A stretch of DNA of 26,445 nt from Octopus sinensis (lineage: Eukaryota): the NCBI RefSeq assembly GCF_006345805.1, contig NW_021835576.1, forward strand, positions 1-26,445. The letters are read 5' to 3'. A model generated the notes under the pieces. The model worked only from the letters and a program-made list of their open reading frames with translations. It had not been told where the DNA came from and did no database searches. Position numbers and translations under genes: made by a program. Within the stretch, counting starts at the first letter, position 1; each line of letters begins with the position of its first letter. Of the stretch, positions 21,687 through 26,445 are shown piece after piece.

Positions 21687-24054
21687 CAGTGATTCCCAAG
21701 GTGGGGCGTACGCCCCACTGGTGGGGCCTGAGAAAATTCAGGTGGGGCGCGGGGCATAGACGTGGGCTGTGAAAATATTTGTACATGACGAGCGGTCATC
21801 GCGGGCACAACCTTAGATTCCGTCTTTCCTTTGAAGCCTCCACATCGGAAACTCTCGCACCCCAGCGAGACAAAGAAGATCCCGCACTGAGCAATAAACT
21901 TACTATTCAGATAAGCCAATCAATTGCCTCAATTAGTTTGCCTCAATTAGTCTTTTGTTAGCCCTATTGAAAATGAGCAAACCAAACAAGAAGAAGACTC
22001 GTCAATACGCGGTGGAGTTTTTGAAGTTTGGATTCATTCCTGATGAGCATGATGAGCGTAAACCGTTTTGCTTATTATGTAATCAGACGATGAGCAATGA
22101 GTCAATGAAGGCAGGTAGGCTGGAAGCGCACTTAAAGGTAAGACATCCTAATAATTCTAATTTAGATTTGGAATACTTCAAATCATTGAAAGAAAAAATT
22201 AAAAACCGAACAAAACTCACTTCACTATTTCATGCAAAACAAGCGCTTCATACTCGTGCCCTTGAAGCCAGCTACGAAATCTCCTTGCTTATAGCAAAAC
22301 ATGGAAAGAATCACACTATTGGAGAGCAACTGATTAAACCTGCTATCTCAATATTCTTAAAAACTGTATTACAAAAAGATGATGGAGATATCAGGACTAT
22401 GCCACTCAGTAATAACACTGTCTCAAACAGAATAGATGAAATGGGGCAAGATGTTGAAAGCCTGCTCATTGAGAAATTAAAATTGCGTAAGTTTTCATTA
22501 CAAATGGACGAATCCACAATCCGGGACAGTGAGGCTCTGTTATTGACTTATGTGAGGTATATTGACCACGAGGAGTTTCAGGAAGAGATGCTGTTCTGCG
22601 AATCGTTTGAAACCACCACAACGGCAAATATTTACATCAAAATCAAACATTATTTGGATGCAAACAAAATACCAAAGGAAAACTTACTGGCATGTGCGGC
22701 AGACGGTGCACATGCCATTATGGGCAAGAATACGGGATACTTAAAAATGATGAAGGATGAAAATCCAAACATGTTGACTGTCCATTGTGTAATACACCGA
22801 GAAAACTTGGTTGCCAAGAAATTGTCCCCTGTTCTTAACAAGATTCTTCAAAGTGTGATCAAGTGTGTCAACAGCATTAAAAGAAATTCTAAATCTGAAC
22901 GTCTTTTTAAGCAGTTTTGTATAAATCAAAGTGCCGAACATGTTCGATTATTGCTTCATACAGAAGTAAGATGGCTATCAAGTGGAAACTGCTTAAAGAG
23001 GTTCATGGAATTATTTGATCAGATTAACGACTTTCTTAGTGATAAATGTGAAATGAAATTGCTGTCAACAACGGATGGAAAAGCATTTGTCAGTTATTTG
23101 ACAGACATATTTGAGAAACTTGGAAACTTGAATAAACAACTTCAAGGTGCAAACATGACACTTATTGATGCAAAAGCAAAGATTTTTGGATTTATTACAG
23201 CTCTCGAATTATGGAAAAAGAAATTTTCCAAAAGAAATTTCAGTGAACTTTACTGGTTGAGTAAATGTGAAATAACGAATGATGCTGGCATTGTAATTAT
23301 TGATCATTTAAATATCTTGATAAAGGATTTCAATGACAGATTTTGCGATTTAAAGGCAATGAATGTTCCTTCTTGGTTAACTCAACCGCTTCTGATTAAC
23401 GTTTCTGATGCTACAATCCAATACCAAGAAGAGTTATCAGAATTACAACATGATGAATCAGTGAAGACTTTGTTTAAGTTGAAAGTACAAGATGTGGCTA
23501 TATGACGAGGTTGAAAGAAAATATCCTAAAATTTCTACATCAGCGAGAGAGCTACTGATTCCTTTCCCTTCGTCTTATTTGGTCGATGTGGTTTTAGTGC
23601 AGTTGATAATTTGCTCGAAGCCAAGAGAACCCGGCTTGAGATTACAAAACGTGGCGATTTACGACTGAAATTACCAAAGTTGTCTCCTCAAATTAAAAAC
23701 TTGTGCTGTATGCATCAGGCACAGGGTTCTCCACTAAATTAGTCGAGCTGACCGTCAAATAATTGAACTGAAAAAACGTGTTTCTTTATTCTTTATAAAT
23801 TGACATTTTTTAAAAACATGACAAATCGTAATAATTTATCGATTTATTGGGTGTTGTTATGCACTCAGTGCCTGTTGTTTCAATTCTCAAAATTTTTTTG
23901 TATTTTGAATACAATTTTTTTAATTTTGATTTTTTTCAATTGTAAGTAGGCCCACATGTAACTTGTAAATGTGAGTGGACATGGGAAAAGGTGGGGCGTA
24001 AAAACTTTTGCTATGAAAAAGTGGGGCGCCGGGAAAAATGGTTGGGAAACACTA
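21687..24054 (+). mobile_element. hAT DNA transposon, Buster subfamily, 2368 bp
   Basis: TIRs CAGTGATTCCCAA / TTGGGAAACACTA; 8-bp TSD CTTTACAT (21679-21686 and 24055-24062) with central TA; GTGGGGC(G/C) subterminal repeats at both ends. Confidence 0.96.
21973..23737 (+). pseudogene. Buster-type hAT transposase (ZBED5/SCAND3-like); open for ~510 codons, C-terminal dimerisation domain frameshifted
   Basis: BED finger (CLLC..H..H), LQMDEST, ADGA, HCVIHRE, LHTEVRWLS. After ~23485 the frame shifts to KMWLYDEVERKYP..PFPSSYLV, then shifts again near 23586 to CGFSAVDNLL..RGDLRLKL..AQGS. End approximate. Confidence 0.9.
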
Positions 24055-24236
24055 CTTTACATGAATGTAGACAACAAAAAATCGATAAGACGAAAAAAAA
24101 GACGAAGAAGAATAATAGATGTAGAAAAGAAGAAGGAAAGGAAGAAGAAAAAGGAGAATGGGAGGGGGAAGGGGAGAGTTGAATTAGCAGGTGAAGGAGG
24201 CGGAGGAGGAGAGTGAGGAGGAGACGAAGATATGAG

Positions 24237-24269
<33 letters not shown>

Positions 24270-24389
24270 AGAAGAAAAAGAAGAAGACGAAGACGAATTG
24301 GAAGAAGAAAAGGAAGAAGAATTGGAGGATCAAAAGAAATAGGAAAAGAAGTAGAAGAAAATATGAGGAAGGAGAATAAAAGCAGACAT

Positions 24390-24746
24390 AAAATCTCAGA
24401 CTCACAAAAACGCATACACAAAATCAACCTCGTAAACACACAAACACACAAGGATATGTATGTGTACATACAAAGAGAGAGAGAGAGAGAAGAGAGAGGG
24501 GGGAGGGAGCAAGGTGAGAGAGAACGAGAGATAGAGCTGAGTGAGGGATGCAGAGATCTATGTTCAAATTATGAGGTGCTGATAATAATACTCATAAGAA
24601 AGGGAATGTCCAGAGCTGAAGAGACACAATTCACAAACACAGAAGAATAAGAAGGATTTCAGTAGAGATTGAGATGCAGAAGGTGGGGAGTGTGGAGAGG
24701 AAATTGGTAAATATCATAAATCAAGGAGGGACTGAAGGGGAATGAG
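24390..24746. repeat. Copy 1 of a near-identical direct duplication (copy 2 at 26100-26445, runs off the window)
   Basis: Base-by-base match over ~350 nt with few substitutions and a 10-nt indel in the GA tract; offset ~1.7 kb. Confidence 0.95.
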
Positions 24747-24804
24747 AGGTAAGGGTAGAATAAATAAAGAAGAAGAATACGAAGAGAAAGAAAAATCATA
24801 GAAA

Positions 24805-25115
24805 AGAATAGTAGCAGTAGTAGTAGTAGTAGTGGTGGTGGTGTGGTGGTGGTGGTGGTAGTAGTAGTTGTAGTAGTAGTAGTAGTAGTATTAGTAGTAG
24901 TAGTATTGGTGGTGATGATGGTGGTGGTGGTGGTGGTAGTAGTAGTAGTACCAGTTGTAGTAGTAGGAGTAGTAGTAGTAGTAGTGATGTTGGTGGTTGT
25001 GTTGTGGTGGTGGTGGTGTTGACCGTGGTGCTGCTACGGCTGGAGGTGATGGTGGTGGCTGTAGTAGTAGTGTAGTAGTAGTAGTAGTAGTAGTAGTAGT
25101 GTAGTAGTAGTAACA
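24805..25115. repeat. Mixed (TAG)n/(GGT)n tract
   Basis: Seen directly. Confidence 0.92.
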
Positions 25116-25375
25116 GAAACATCAGTTGTAGTAGAGGAAGGCAAAGATGGAGTCGCAGAAATCGTTGGATTGGTTAAAGAGAACAAACAAGGTTGGATGT
25201 AACACAAAATAATATACATGCCAACACTCAGATTCGAACACACACTGACACACGTATTTACACACACACGATGATGAATCAATTCTACGAACTTCGTGTC
25301 ACTGATTATGATACTAGTGATGAAAATGTTGATGATTACCAATGAAATATCATCATCAAGACGCATTCTACTTAC

Positions 25376-25447
25376 AGTTCTGTTAATATGGGAAGGTCAT
25401 GGAAGGCTCTTACTTCAATCTCTCTGATTTCATTATTTTGCAAATAT
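25376..25447 (-). CDS. LRR exon, type A (YLQNNEIREIEVRAFHDLPILTEL)
   Basis: Acceptor ...ATGTTACAG (CTG at + 25448-25450), donor GTAAGT (CTTAC at + 25371-25375), 72 nt, phase 2-2, open, LRR consensus. Confidence 0.92.
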
Positions 25448-25784
25448 CTGTAACATGAAGAATTGAAAGTATAGGACAAGTGTAAAAAAATTATGTGAAA
25501 TTTGGGAGAGAATGAACAAAGAGGAAACGAGTGGGAGAAAGTTTTGAAGGGTGTAGGAGAAACAAAGAAGAGAAGGAAGAGACAGAAGGAGAGAGGTGTC
25601 TGGATGGGGAGGAGATCAGAGGAAGACAAACAACATCAAAATGCAAAACAGAAGCAAAAGGAGTAGAGAGAGGAAGTCGAATACCTATAATACAAACGCT
25701 AGAAATGGGATGAAAAAAGGAAAGAACGGAATGAAGAATATGAGAAGTAAGATCAAAGAGAAGTGAAAATGACGATAAGGATAA

Positions 25785-25802
25785 TTATGATGATGATGAT
25801 GA

Positions 25803-25842
<40 letters not shown>

Positions 25843-25964
25843 GTGATGATGATAATGATGACAAGAAAGGAAAAAAAACCGAAGAAAAAGGAGAAAAGAA
25901 GAAGAAGAAGAAGATAAAATCTAGAAACGAGGAAAAAAGAAATAGAAACAGAGGCAGAAGAAAA

Positions 25965-25995
<31 letters not shown>

Positions 25996-26010
25996 AAGAA
26001 GAAGAGAAGA
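25785..26010. repeat. (GAT)n and (GAA)n tracts
   Basis: Seen directly. Confidence 0.9.
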
Positions 26011-26099
26011 AGGAAATATTAGGTAGAAGGAAAGGAAGAACAAAAAGGAGAATAAGTTGAAGCAGAAGAGAAATATTAGGAAGGAGGATAAAAGCTGTA

Positions 26100-26445
26100 A
26101 AATCTCACACTGGCAAAAACGCATACACAAAATCAGCCTCGTAAACACACAAACACACAAGGATATGTATGTGTACATACAAAGAGAGAGAGAGAGAGGG
26201 GGAGGGAGCAAAGTGAGAGAGAACGAGAGATAGAGCTGAGTGAGGGATGCAGAGATCTATGTTCAAATTATGAGGTGCTGATAATAATACTCATAAGAAA
26301 GGGAATGTCCAGAGCTGAAGAGACACAATTCACAAACACAGAAGAATAAGAAAGATTTCAGTAGAGATTGAGATGCAGAAGGTGGGGAGTGTGGAGAGGA
26401 AATTGGTAAATATCATAAATCAAGGAGGGACTGAAGGGGAATGAG
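26100..26445. repeat. Copy 2 of the direct duplication
   Basis: Matches 24391-24746. Confidence 0.95.

Larger units (their letters stand above)
3718..25447 (-). other. Multi-exon LRR-protein gene fragment (extracellular typical-type LRR array; LGR/RXFP/GRL101-, Slit- or Toll-like ectodomain, family not resolvable)
   Basis: Five 72-nt AG..GT-bounded exons on the minus strand splice in frame (CT|A = Leu at every junction) to YLQNNEIREIEVRAFHDLPILTEL-YLNGNNIDKIESGTFDDLTRLTYL-SLSYNDIKEIKPDTFRNLSSLTNL-YLSYYDIKEIKVDRFRNLSSLTYL-YLSDNHMKEIKEGVFRNLSSLTSL, matching LxxLxLxxNxIxxIxxxxFxxL. Start and true end of the gene are not seen. Confidence 0.88.

Noticed and set aside
1-26445. CRISPR arrays, prokaryotic operons, rRNA/tRNA genes
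   Set aside because: No repeat-spacer structure or recognisable RNA gene; the content is spliced eukaryotic intron/TE sequence.

Overview
AT-rich, microsatellite-dense animal genomic DNA; the repeat landscape suggests a coleoid cephalopod such as Octopus (inference only). The main host feature is not visible in the ORF track: a minus-strand gene fragment built from 72-nt, phase 2-2 exons, each encoding one 24-aa leucine-rich repeat. Five exons are intact (25376-25447, 20532-20603, 15645-15716, 11287-11358, 4106-4177). At least three are broken relics (11917-~11960, 4383-4399, 3764-3826). Homologous intron flanks and a near-identical ~1.7-kb duplication at the right end indicate that the array grows and decays by tandem duplication of exon-intron cassettes. 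The introns are inflated by transposons: three R4/Dong-type RLE non-LTR elements (one full length, sitting in a TAA tract), a decayed L1/Tx1 element, two Penelope-like fragments with inverted pseudo-LTRs carrying hammerhead ribozyme motifs, a third hammerhead-like repeat, and a near-intact Buster-type hAT transposon with TIRs and an 8-bp TSD. There are no prokaryotic features, CRISPR arrays, rRNA or recognisable tRNA genes.
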